From the IMG/VR virus record IMGVR_UViG_3300042294_002813, positions 9,161 through 73,160 of that record: 64,000 nucleotides of DNA, one strand, 5' to 3'. Below the pieces are notes generated by a model that was given only the letters and a program-made list of their open reading frames with translations, did no database searches and had not been told where the DNA came from. Both the position numbers and the translations under genes were made by a program. Position 1 is the first letter of the stretch, and each line of letters begins with the position of its first letter. Below, one piece after another: positions 28,710 through 39,300 of the stretch. This DNA is from a virus.

Positions 28710-29912
28710 TCAAGTACTATGAAATTTTCTTAAAACGCCTATTTTATAATTGTGATAATAACTAATTAGTCCATCATATACTTGCCCATGCGAATAAACA
28801 AAAGGTCTTGCTCGCTTGACAACCTGTTTTAAACCCTCTCTCCATATAAGATTTGCCCTATTATCAACATATCCATCAATAAACCAAGTGTCAAAATCCG
28901 TGTGCCAATCAAAAATACCTTTATCAGCTTGAAACCAAGTCTTATTCCATGTAGTGTACAATATTGGTCGAAGAAGCCTTTCGCTCACAAGTCTAAGAAA
29001 TCCAGGTACCATATTTCTTGGTGTTTGAAGACTAAAAAAGTTTCTTAGACCAGGATCAATTTCAATACATTTTTTTATTAAATGGGCTTGCTTGCATAAC
29101 ATATCACATGCATCAGGACTCCAATAAAAATATTCAACCGTCGTATTTGTATAGTCTTTCATATATTCTCCAACAGGAGATATATTTGTTAATCTATCTG
29201 AAAACCTTAAGTAAACAAAGTCATTAGTATCATCAATAACAACTTTTGGTTTATCAATCCCCATTACAACTGCAATCTTTTTATCTTTGTCAACTCTTTT
29301 TCTAAAGTCTGAAAAATGAATATAATTGTATCTCGTAACATCAACAGGATTAAGTTCCTCACGCATTTTCAAAAACCAATTTTCTTCAGAATTGGCAAAT
29401 GAATCAAACAAATGATCCGTCATATCATAGACACTAATCTTTGTCTGTGGAGCAATTGCTTGTATTTCTTTTATTCTTGGAATTGCCTGCAGCTTATGTT
29501 CCGATGCATGTGCATATTTTGCATCAGTAACATTAGGATCAATTACAGCAAATTTTTCATTTCCTTTGTCCAAACAATTTACAATAATTTCATCTATATG
29601 AAGGTTTTGACGAAGAAAAGACATTACAACATTATGACTATCTGCTCCGCCACTATAACTAATTATGATATAGTCATATTTTTCACGAAGTTCTCTTGCT
29701 CGTTTATTGTAAAGTTGATCCAATGTCGCTTCGGGTTCTTGAAGCCAGTTATAATTGGAAAAAATATCTTCGTTGAAATACCATTTGACAAGACTAAGAG
29801 GATCTACATTTTCCTTGACATTGTTGGCAATATGCGTTGCAAAGATACACGCATGAATTTTTGATTCCAACTCTTTTTTACCAACAGTATAATAACCAAG
29901 TTTTTTATTCAT
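28710..29912 (-). CDS. PP-loop (adenine nucleotide alpha-hydrolase / asparagine-synthetase-like) protein
   Basis: IIISYSGGADSHN PP-loop motif; MGIDKP; EYFYWSPD. Confidence 0.75.
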   Translation of the reverse strand: MNKKLGYYTVGKKELESKIHACIFATHIANNVKENVDPLSLVKWYFNEDIFSNYNWLQEPEATLDQLYNKRARELREKYDYIIISYSGGADSHNVVMSFLRQNLHIDEIIVNCLDKGNEKFAVIDPNVTDAKYAHASEHKLQAIPRIKEIQAIAPQTKISVYDMTDHLFDSFANSEENWFLKMREELNPVDVTRYNYIHFSDFRKRVDKDKKIAVVMGIDKPKVVIDDTNDFVYLRFSDRLTNISPVGEYMKDYTNTTVEYFYWSPDACDMLCKQAHLIKKCIEIDPGLRNFFSLQTPRNMVPGFLRLVSERLLRPILYTTWNKTWFQADKGIFDWHTDFDTWFIDGYVDNRANLIWREGLKQVVKRARPFVYSHGQVYDGLISYYHNYKIGVLRKFHST

Positions 29913-30382
29913 TGTGTGTTTGAAGTATTTGCACTTGAATTGTTTAGAAGTTCGTTAATTAGATTTTCAATATGATCTTCACTCAATGTACTTTCTGTAT
30001 TTGCATTCGTATCAATAGTATCAATAGAAAATACTGGTTTGATGGCATCAAATTCTGTATTTAATAGATTGGAAACAACATTTAAGGAAGTATCTATTTG
30101 AGGATCGAGAATATCGTGTCTTAGCTTAAACCAATCATAAGGCGCTCCGTCGTTTGCAATTTTCTTAATTTGCTCTTCCGTAATAGGAGGATCAGTTTGC
30201 CATATATTGAAGTTATAATCTGTTTGACATCTTTGTGGTGATCCATCGCTTCTTCTAGCTATAGTCCCATCTGGATTGTATGATGTTGCTAGACTATCTT
30301 CAGTTAGCAAATTAGTATAGTATCTCACGATCATTGAGTGCTGTGAAGAATCAACATCAATTATTTTAAACTTGACTTCCAT
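29909..30382 (-). CDS. Hypothetical protein coupled to the PP-loop gene
   Basis: 157-aa ORF, GGAG RBS, TATAAATA late promoter at 30414-21, ATGA overlap with the next gene. Confidence 0.75.
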   Translation of the reverse strand: MEVKFKIIDVDSSQHSMIVRYYTNLLTEDSLATSYNPDGTIARRSDGSPQRCQTDYNFNIWQTDPPITEEQIKKIANDGAPYDWFKLRHDILDPQIDTSLNVVSNLLNTEFDAIKPVFSIDTIDTNANTESTLSEDHIENLINELLNNSSANTSNTQ

Positions 30383-30443
30383 TTCCCTACTCCGATATAT
30401 AACTATGTATCTTTATTTATAATGACCCAACTTGAGGAAAATA

Positions 30444-31061
30444 ATGTACAAAGACATTACAAATAATCCAGAGGAAAGAATGTGTACAACATATAGTTGG
30501 GCATATTGGGATAATGCATTTTCTGAAGAAGAATTAACAAATTTAGAAAGATACTGTCAAATAGAACAAACAGAAAAAGCAACTGTTGTTGGTACCAATG
30601 ACATTAACGAAACAGAAAAGATAAGAAAATCAAGAATTAAATTCTATAGTAAAAATGAAAATAATGCATGGTTTTTTAATAGAGTAAATGAAATAAGCAA
30701 AATTATAAATGAAAGCTACTACAATTATGAATTAAACGGATATGCTGATTTCCAATACACAGAATATCATGGTAATGAAAGTGGTGAATATAACTGGCAC
30801 ATGGATATGCTTCATGGTCAAAATAAATTTAATATAACAAGAAAATTGTCTCTTGTAATGTGTTTGTCCGATCCGGAAAAAGACTTTGTTGGAGGAGAAT
30901 TTGAAATCAATGTGGGAAATCAAGAAGAACCCGAAACCATATTAATGAAAAAAGGTAGAATGATATTCTTTCCTTCATACATTATTCATAGGGTAAAACC
31001 AGTGACCAAGGGCATTCGTAAAACAATAGTAATTTGGATTACTGGTCCTAAATTTGTATGA
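30444..31061 (+). CDS. 2OG-Fe(II) oxygenase (PKHD / prolyl-hydroxylase-like)
   Basis: YNWHMD, RKLSLV..LSDP...GGEF, FFPSYIIHRVKPVTKGIR; start at ATG 30444 after GAGGA. Confidence 0.92.
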   Translation: MYKDITNNPEERMCTTYSWAYWDNAFSEEELTNLERYCQIEQTEKATVVGTNDINETEKIRKSRIKFYSKNENNAWFFNRVNEISKIINESYYNYELNGYADFQYTEYHGNESGEYNWHMDMLHGQNKFNITRKLSLVMCLSDPEKDFVGGEFEINVGNQEEPETILMKKGRMIFFPSYIIHRVKPVTKGIRKTIVIWITGPKFV

Positions 31062-32603
31062 TTAGTTTGAAGTATTTCCAACTACAGTACCAAAAGCAAC
31101 AAATCTAATCAAATTATTGCCAGAAATACCAAATCCCGTATTACCAACATTTCCTGTTGCTCCGGCAGCACCTCCGGCTCTTGCGCCATATGTTGTATTG
31201 AATGCATATCCAGCGTTATTTCCGCCAGGAGAACCGGCAACGCCAAGATTTCCACCAGAACCGCCCGGTCCAGCAGTATATGTAGAACCGCCGCCGCCAG
31301 CACCACCAGCGCCGCCAAGTGTAGCCGTTCCATTTGCTCCAGCTGATCCATTAACATTACTAGGTCCTCCTGCGCCGCCAAGACCAATAGGAGAACCGGC
31401 ACCGCCGCCGCCACCGCCGCCGCCGTGATATTGACCAACACCTTTACTTGGTGTAAATCCTAGAGCACCACCGCCACCACCGCCACCACCGCCACCACCG
31501 CCAGGACCGCCGGTACCGCCTATGATAGAACCTTGATTATTCATTACTATGACAAATGACGTTGCATTTGTTCCAGGAAATGTATATGGATATTGATGTA
31601 ATTTTAGATAATCTAAACGTAAAAAGTTTCCTTCAGAAGTAGAATTTACAACAAATCTCATATTTCCTGCTGCACTTTCAGGATGAGTTTTTAATAGAAC
31701 ACCATCACGATATACTTTTAATACACCATCAATTTCACGAACAAGAGAAAAAACATTTGCAGCAGAAACATTTGACGTTAGTGAGTGTACATTTGCACCC
31801 TTTTCTTGTACGACATCCGCACTTGCAGCAGAATGGACTATGGCAAGACCAACGGTCGGAGCAGGATCAACTCCACCAACCCAATGAGTTGATGTAGCGG
31901 AAAACATACCGGCGGCATAAAAGTTTCCGGAAGTGCTTCCAATATTTCCTTGATCTTGTGTTCTATAAATTCCAACCGTTCCTGCGGCATTAGCTGAACT
32001 AGCACTTACTAGTTTATACTCCAAAGTAAAAGGAACATTTGCATTTATATCAAAATTATAGTATATTGTTGTTCTTATGTTTGTGCCTAGAGAACCGCCA
32101 CCTTCTAAATTATCTCCGCTAACACCCCAAGTCCAACTAGAATTTGTACCAATCCAATTTGTGTTGGCATTACTAACAAAAGTATTTGAGTTTGAACTGT
32201 AATTTATAATGCCAACATTACTTGTGTTTGCTTCAGCTTGAAAGCCTGGACTACCATTAGCACCAACACCACCAGTTCCACCAGCAGAACCTGGTGCAAC
32301 TGGATTTGTGGGATATCCTGCTCCGGGACCGCCTGCACCACCAGAACCAGAAATACCAGTAACTCCTATATTCCCAACAATATTAGCTGAGTTTCTTATC
32401 ACAATATATGTAGAATTTGCCCAGCCAAATCCAGTTCTAAGTGCTGAAATATTTGCAGAATTACTCGTAATGTTTGCATTGATCAAGCAAAAAACATTTA
32501 AAGGATATGATGGCGAATTTGCCCTTGCTCGCAAATTGACATTGTTTGCAACAGAGTTTATGTTTATTAGTATATTTGGTCTAGTGACAAGTGGTAGAAA
32601 CAT
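31062..32603 (-). CDS. Glycine-rich receptor-binding adhesin (gp38-like) with inserted beta domain
   Basis: Polyglycine stretches (GGGGGGGGG, GGAGG) and N.G.I.G motifs; directly downstream of a fibre gene. Confidence 0.7.
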   Translation of the reverse strand: MFLPLVTRPNILININSVANNVNLRARANSPSYPLNVFCLINANITSNSANISALRTGFGWANSTYIVIRNSANIVGNIGVTGISGSGGAGGPGAGYPTNPVAPGSAGGTGGVGANGSPGFQAEANTSNVGIINYSSNSNTFVSNANTNWIGTNSSWTWGVSGDNLEGGGSLGTNIRTTIYYNFDINANVPFTLEYKLVSASSANAAGTVGIYRTQDQGNIGSTSGNFYAAGMFSATSTHWVGGVDPAPTVGLAIVHSAASADVVQEKGANVHSLTSNVSAANVFSLVREIDGVLKVYRDGVLLKTHPESAAGNMRFVVNSTSEGNFLRLDYLKLHQYPYTFPGTNATSFVIVMNNQGSIIGGTGGPGGGGGGGGGGGGALGFTPSKGVGQYHGGGGGGGGAGSPIGLGGAGGPSNVNGSAGANGTATLGGAGGAGGGGSTYTAGPGGSGGNLGVAGSPGGNNAGYAFNTTYGARAGGAAGATGNVGNTGFGISGNNLIRFVAFGTVVGNTSN

Positions 32604-32604
32604 T

Positions 32605-33336
32605 TTATCCTACGTCAGGAATGAATGAGCCGTATAATTTTGATCCATCAGAAATGAAAGTAAACACATCACGAGAATTCGCTGTTGTAGTTAATGGCGG
32701 AGCAATATTCCCTGTAAAACGATATCCTTGTTCAAAAGTAAGTGAGCTACCACCAGACGTATTTTGCACTACATGAAGAACATATGTACCAACACGAATA
32801 TTTGTTATGTTTGATAGAACACGATTTCCATTCAATGTAACCGTAGCAATTTGTCCATTTGATGCATCCCATGTTATAGTTGCAGCATCAGTCAATGTTT
32901 GCGAAAGAATATTGGCTTTTGCGGTATCGACAAGACCGCCGGTCATGCAAATATTTGACGATACGTTGATATTTGGAACAACTAAGGTTCCAGTCATCGT
33001 GTCGCCCGTGCGAAGAACCGTATTACTTGCATTGTTGTTTGCAACATTAGCTTTGTCAAAAGCGGCAGCTGCAATTACATTTGCTGTATTTGCTTTATCA
33101 AATGCTAGATTTGCAATCAAATTTGCAGCATTAGCGCGAGCAAAAGTTGAGGCAAGCAAAGATACTACATTCAAAGTTCCAAAAAACAACGTATTTGCTG
33201 TAACAACATTTGCAGTCACACTACGATAAGTCGTAAGACCATCGCCAAGCAAGTCATTTGTGACAACAATCAGCTGATTAGTCGTCACTCTCCATTCATC
33301 AAATGTGTTCGTGAGTGCTACATTACTGATTGCCAT
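32605..33336 (-). CDS. Short fibre protein (N-terminal anchor, A/N repeats, C-terminal domain paralogous to the long fibre)
   Basis: MAISNVALTNTFDEWRVTTNQ start; ANLIANLAFDKAN repeat; KANILSQTLTD...FISDGSKLYG..IPDV end. Confidence 0.8.
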   Translation of the reverse strand: MAISNVALTNTFDEWRVTTNQLIVVTNDLLGDGLTTYRSVTANVVTANTLFFGTLNVVSLLASTFARANAANLIANLAFDKANTANVIAAAAFDKANVANNNASNTVLRTGDTMTGTLVVPNINVSSNICMTGGLVDTAKANILSQTLTDAATITWDASNGQIATVTLNGNRVLSNITNIRVGTYVLHVVQNTSGGSSLTFEQGYRFTGNIAPPLTTTANSRDVFTFISDGSKLYGSFIPDVG

Positions 33337-33350
33337 TTAAGGTAACTCCG

Positions 33351-33758
33351 TTATTTTTTCGCATTCTCATAAGCTTCTAATGCTTGTGATCTATAACTCC
33401 AACCTTGTTTTGGATCAAATTTTTCCAAGTCGCTAGTTGACTTGCAATCATTCCATTTCTTGTAATTTGTAGCAAATTCTTCATCTCTTGTTTTAAGAAC
33501 ATTCATATATGCTGCAGCAAACAAGTTTTCTAGTTGTTTTCTGTTTAAGCTTCGTACAGTTCCATCGTGTGTTCTTACAGAAAAAGTTTGTACCCCGCCT
33601 ATATATCCAATCAACAAATGTGAAAATTCGTGTGAGTTAAAACAATATATCACATCATCACAAAGAAAATCTTTATGAGTTAGTCCAAAAGTAAATTCGC
33701 TAACAAGTAAAGCAAATTTTTTATGTCTTTCTGCTTCAAATTTGATATTTTCGTTCAT
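33351..33758 (-). CDS. Putative tail-fibre assembly chaperone (DUF4376-like)
   Basis: Between fibre genes; RTHDGTVRSL..KQL..L and late GW pattern. Confidence 0.5.
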   Translation of the reverse strand: MNENIKFEAERHKKFALLVSEFTFGLTHKDFLCDDVIYCFNSHEFSHLLIGYIGGVQTFSVRTHDGTVRSLNRKQLENLFAAAYMNVLKTRDEEFATNYKKWNDCKSTSDLEKFDPKQGWSYRSQALEAYENAKK

Positions 33759-33768
33759 ATGATTCCCG

Positions 33769-34653
33769 TTATGTCTTGATTATGTAATTTAGTATCATGG
33801 TTGGCTGCATATTTTGGTGAGGATAGTTTTCACCAACTGTAGTGTTTATATCATCTGCCACAGGTAGAGGTGTGTTGTCACCAAATGCTGGATTGGTTGT
33901 TGATGTTGTGCTTCTAATATTAAATGTTGGCAATTGAGCTGTAGTTAGAATATGTGTTTGCGTACCACCATTTGCGCCCAATGTAGTTCCAGCAATACCG
34001 CTATTTGCATTTGATCCAGATGCAGTTACTCGTAGTGCAGCAGTTCCGCCCATATCGTCACGGCCAGCAACAACTCTACCACGAAGATCAGGAAGATTAA
34101 ACGTATTTACTCCGTCTCCTGATCCGTATGTAGTACCAATTGCAGAATAAAGAGATGAATATGTTGTTCTAGAAATAGCATTGCCTGAACACAATAGCCA
34201 TCCAGTAGGCTCTGAAGAACCTGCATATGGCATGATGACGCCCGAAGGAACACCCGTGTTTGCAGCATTAAATGCTGAAACTGCTACGACGTTTGCGGTA
34301 TTTGCTTGGTCAAAAGCTGCGGATCCAGTTGATTGTGCTGCATCAGCTTTTGTGCAAGCAGTATTTGCTTTGTCAAATGCGCCAGAAGCTATAACATTTG
34401 CTGTATTAGCTTTATCAAACGCTAGATTCGCAATTAAATTTGCTGCATTAGCACGAGCAAATGCAGCAGTTGGAAGTGTAATTACATCAACGCCGTTCGC
34501 GTATATTGTATTTCCACTAATTACATTTGCTTTAACATTTCGATATGTTTGAAGACCGTCATCAAGAACGTCGTTAAGAGCAACTACGGTTTGATTTGTA
34601 ACTAATCTCCATTGATCAAATGTGTTAGTTAAAGCAACGTTACTAATTGCCAT
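33769..34653 (-). CDS. Tail-collar-domain fibre protein
   Basis: VPSGVIMPYAG...PTGWLLCSG.AISRTTY..LY.AIGTTYGSGDG..TFNLPDLRGR collar domain; H.NMQPTMILNYIIK end. Confidence 0.9.
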   Translation of the reverse strand: MAISNVALTNTFDQWRLVTNQTVVALNDVLDDGLQTYRNVKANVISGNTIYANGVDVITLPTAAFARANAANLIANLAFDKANTANVIASGAFDKANTACTKADAAQSTGSAAFDQANTANVVAVSAFNAANTGVPSGVIMPYAGSSEPTGWLLCSGNAISRTTYSSLYSAIGTTYGSGDGVNTFNLPDLRGRVVAGRDDMGGTAALRVTASGSNANSGIAGTTLGANGGTQTHILTTAQLPTFNIRSTTSTTNPAFGDNTPLPVADDINTTVGENYPHQNMQPTMILNYIIKT

Positions 34654-34859
34654 TATTTGTTCTCCGATAACAGAGCAAGAATCTTATTCATTGTGTCCTT
34701 AATTTCAGCTACTTCTTCTTTCAAAGTATTTATTTCATTAACTTTAGACATCATGTTTTTTTTCACTTTATATTCGTCCAACTGTGCTCTATTTGTGTTT
34801 AGAATTGCTTTTGAATTTATATCACGAACATATTGCGTATCGGTAATCTTGACTTTCAT
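34653..34859 (-). CDS. Small conserved hypothetical protein
   Basis: YVRDINSKAILNTN...coiled coil; start moved to ATG 34859. Confidence 0.75.
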   Translation of the reverse strand: MKVKITDTQYVRDINSKAILNTNRAQLDEYKVKKNMMSKVNEINTLKEEVAEIKDTMNKILALLSENK

Positions 34860-34863
34860 TTTA

Positions 34864-36357
34864 TCATCCTGCCGGCAACGCAATTACACGCATATCTCTA
34901 ACTTTAGGAACAAGAGTAGTATCTGGACTACTTAGTACAATCTTGACTGCAAAGAACTTGAATGTTTCATATGTTGTTCCACCACTTGAATATATAACCA
35001 AATCGGTGTTTAGAGATGGTCTATATTCATATTCAATGTAATCATTGTAGTTTGTTGATGTCACTCCCGATGGCGTCTTTTGCTCCATCTTGAAATATGA
35101 TTTTACATCAAAATCATCGGGATCATCAGCGTTCAAAATCTTGTAGTATACTTCAATTCCCGTCGTAGGTGGCTTATATGCAGTCAAGAACACGCGAAGA
35201 TCCGAAGAGTCAAAGCCATCGTTTAGCTGTACGCGACGACTAATATAACGAGCAAGATAATTACCACCAGACGATCTTGTTTCACCAAGAACAATTGCCG
35301 AAGCGTTTCTTGTCGCCCCGCCTTCAGAGATTGTAATAGTTGGCGTGCTTGTATACCCAGAACCACCAGCTGTAACAACGATGTTTCTAACTACGTTTGC
35401 TACAACGTTTGCTGTTGCCGTTGCACCTGAACCACCACCACCAGAAATTGTAACTGTTGGATTTGTGTGTCCTGCGCCGCCGTCAGTTACCACAATTGTC
35501 GAATTTGAAAGATTTGCATTATTGATGATATTTTCAATTGAAAACAAACCAAGTCTTTGTACGTCAATCATTGGAGACACATCTGGATTTAGTGTCGCGA
35601 AATCTGCCTTCAATATAAAGTGATTTGAATTATCAATCTTTCTACGACCTAAACCATCATTAAATTCATAGTCTTTGTTTGTCAAAAATCCTGTATACGA
35701 AGAATCGACTATCCCCGTTGACTTCAATGTGGCTTTATATGAATAATCTAGTGTAGATGTAGCAAATTTCATCTGATCTGATCGAACGTACATTAAGTCC
35801 ATCTCGACATTTGAAGACGGAGAACGAACGTTGAAGACTCCTGATCCTGAACTTGCCGTAGAAAATACGCACTTATTCACGACAAACATCAGATCTTCGT
35901 CTGCAAAAGGTATCCATTCTGATGCATTTTGTGGCTTATACAAAACGCCGGTATTCGGTTGCTTAGATACAGACCTATCACTACCAACTAGTGTTTGACC
36001 AACTTTGGCTGAAAATAGAACATATTCAGGACTATCTGAATACACGACAAGAGCATATTCACCGCCAGGTTCAAGATATACTGGAGCTGGAAAAGTAAAA
36101 GACGTTTTTGTATCAGAATCATTTGAATCTGGTTGGTCTGATGTTTTTACATTTATCGCATCAACAGAGACTTTTGATAAGGGTATGGCATAATTTGATA
36201 GGGGAAATCCATTTCTTGTTGGACGCAACTGTACTTCGACGGAAAGTATTCCTGATGAATCTTTATTTGCGAAAAATAGATCAACGCTAGAGACAAATAC
36301 GCCCTCTCTGTAAAGAGTTCCATCTACGAAAAATGTTTGTGCTAGAATTGCTGGCAT
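34864..36357 (-). CDS. C-terminal-half homologue of the large VrlC/DUF4815-like baseplate-associated protein
   Basis: LAQTFFV, SVDLFF, F.FPAPVYL...EYALV, EDLMF, RYISRRV.L, F..FAVKIV...[10 protein letters not shown]. Confidence 0.8.
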   Translation of the reverse strand: MPAILAQTFFVDGTLYREGVFVSSVDLFFANKDSSGILSVEVQLRPTRNGFPLSNYAIPLSKVSVDAINVKTSDQPDSNDSDTKTSFTFPAPVYLEPGGEYALVVYSDSPEYVLFSAKVGQTLVGSDRSVSKQPNTGVLYKPQNASEWIPFADEDLMFVVNKCVFSTASSGSGVFNVRSPSSNVEMDLMYVRSDQMKFATSTLDYSYKATLKSTGIVDSSYTGFLTNKDYEFNDGLGRRKIDNSNHFILKADFATLNPDVSPMIDVQRLGLFSIENIINNANLSNSTIVVTDGGAGHTNPTVTISGGGGSGATATANVVANVVRNIVVTAGGSGYTSTPTITISEGGATRNASAIVLGETRSSGGNYLARYISRRVQLNDGFDSSDLRVFLTAYKPPTTGIEVYYKILNADDPDDFDVKSYFKMEQKTPSGVTSTNYNDYIEYEYRPSLNTDLVIYSSGGTTYETFKFFAVKIVLSSPDTTLVPKVRDMRVIALPAG

Positions 36358-36390
36358 TTACTATTTCTTTCCTATATCTTTCATTTTATA

Positions 36391-39300
36391 TTAAAAATTT
36401 GGTCCTGATTGTTGTGCGCCCATCGGGTCGGGATCGTTATAATTATTTTCATAAACCGGATTATATGTTGGCTCTGGTAATCTGGTTGCAGTTACGCCCA
36501 CAGAAACGCCAATCAATCCTTGTGCATAGAATTTACTTTCACCAACAGTCGTTGCACCATTAGCTGAACCATTAGCAAGATTACTTATTCTAAACATTCT
36601 CTCGCCGGTTCTAAACTTCAACGTACTATTGCTTGGTACAACAAATGTGCCGGCAAGTTGACCAAATTCATTTGTCTTTGAATCGCCAATCGAATATCTT
36701 GTATTTGATCCTGGTGTTACAGAGAAGCCTGCAGTGTTTCTTGCAGATCTCGTTGAGCCAATATACGCATCAATTGTATAAGAAGATCCAACACCTAAAC
36801 CATCAACAAAGTAGATTGTATTTCCTACATACCAACTATCCGTGTTTGCTGCATCAAATGCAAGATTGATCGTAGTTGAATTTGCACTTCTTGCAGTACC
36901 TGAATAGTGTCTATATTCTACAACAATACCTGTATTTGAAGACCTTGCACCTGTCCAAGTTTGTCCAGCTATCACATTCCCGCTAACGTCTGCAACATAT
37001 GCAACATTAGATGATGACAATGTCTTTGACAAGATAACATTTGCAGTATTACCCGATCCCGAAGTAATTCTTTCACCATCGGCTTTATCAAAGAAATTAT
37101 TTCCAGAAAATACTAATTCGTTAGCTCTCTGCACATAATTGGTTACGTTCACATCATCAAAGTAATAATATACAACTTTTCTTGGTCTCAGAGATGTTGC
37201 AACAAAATCAATATCGATTTGACGCATGATCGGAGTAACACCAAGGTTTACGACACGATCATTTACAGTTTGAGAAATTTGATCAAATGAAGAGCGACGC
37301 AGGAATCCGTTCTGATAGCCGCCAAATGTCGTTGTTCTATTTACACCATTTTCCCAAATTTGTAGTCCATTTCTTCCCTGCTCATTCACATCATTTGTAA
37401 CAATTTCTGCACCAGTAGAGCGCGTTTCCCAATGACCGAATTCTGCATCAAATGCAGATGTTGTGCCACTTAGTGCTGATTGCAGAGATGAATACCCGTC
37501 GTTTTCGCCAGTATAATTGACGACAACGTCTGGCAAATCATATTTGTTGAAATAGAAATCTGATTGTGGAATTAATTGAACTGATCCGATAAATCGTGCA
37601 AATAGATATGGCTGCACTTCAACTGTTTGCGAAGAAACGTTTTGAACAATCATTTCTTCTGTCGTATACGGAAGCAATACAAGACCCGATTTATATGTTA
37701 ATCCTGTACTTGCGCTAAAATCATAGTCCAAGTAGTGTGAATTTGTATTAGTTGACGGACGAAGTTCTTCTGTTCTAGTGTCGATTGAACACTTGTAATC
37801 AATGTTTCTTACGTCACCGACAGAATGTCCCTTGAACGAATCGACAAGTATACCATTCTTTGTGCGATCAAGGCCGTTAACATCCTTGATTGACATGATT
37901 TCAGTATCTTTTTCGACCAAATTCAACGCCGTGTAATACTCTAAATTTTCAATTCTCTTTTCTAGAGAACCGATATCACGCATCGTGTAGCGTTTGTTTT
38001 CAACGTACTTTACTATTACATTTGCTGGAGATGCCGTGTAAGGAGCAATGGTCAAATTATACAGAACCATTGATCCTTCAGGTTCTCTAGGAGGAACTGG
38101 ATTTAGAGAAGAGACGCCCTTAACAACGCTAAACAATCTGTCTTTTGTCAATACGATCTTGTCTTTTCTTGCCAAATAATATTGATAATCGGCAGAAAAT
38201 TCTTCATTAGGAAGACCGACTCTAAAGGTTTGTAGAGTATATCCGGGCGAAGTGTTTGAGTTGTCTTGTCTTCTTGGTCTAAAATCTATGCAGTCTCTTA
38301 GATCATATGTTTCGCCTGATGATGCACTTGTATATTGTGGAATATTGTTATAATATGGATAGGAATCGACAGAGAAATATCCTAGACCGTCACTACCACC
38401 AGTTTCGTGTTTGAAATAACTAAAGCAAACTACAACATTTCCTGTTGGTGGCGAATTTCCTGGAAGAAAGACAATTCCGCCATGATCATAATGATCATCT
38501 CTTTGTCCATTGTCAAGAGAGTATCTTGATGTAATGTCATTATATGAAGATAAAACAGTTCCGCTTGTGAAAGCAGCAGACCCGATATCATATATCTTGT
38601 TTATTTCATAAACGTCAGATGTGTACAAGCTATCTTTTTGACCTGGTGTCTTGTTTGGCGCGGAAAGATGAACTTGACCAGCTGCAGAATAGATAGAAAC
38701 ATTTGCAAATGTTGCATTTGCTGTTCCACCTTGCGTTTGAATATGTGTGGAATTTGAAGTAACTAGAGTCTTCAACTTCTCATTTATTTTTGATCCAGAA
38801 GTTATCGAAACTTTTGCCAAAATGTCAGCTATGAATGTATTTGCTTGAGGCGCCGTGAAAGTTGCTGTTGGCGTTCCTCCATTATTAACGACAATGCTTG
38901 CACTACCTGTTGTCATAGGTAGAATTGCACCGTTTGCTCCAATCGTTGAACCTAGATTGTCGCGAATAACAACAATGAAGTTTTCCAATGCTTGAGTAGT
39001 TGACTGTGTACCATTTGCAAGAAATACTTCTCCAACACCAGCACTAATTGACCCAGTTGTTCCGCTTGTAAAGGATACTGCAGTACCCAACACCTTGAAG
39101 TAGTCGTATGTTTGATCAGTTATACCCTGCTTGACATAGTTTTGTGGTAGCTCAAATAGCAACTTGTTGTATCTAGGATCGGTAATTACTGTATTGCTAC
39201 CATATTTGCTTGATGCATCAACGTCCATAGAGCCGCCAATAGAAACTGGAGTTCCAGTTACGATATTTGCCATGCTCTTGATATCTCTAGATGAGAAATC

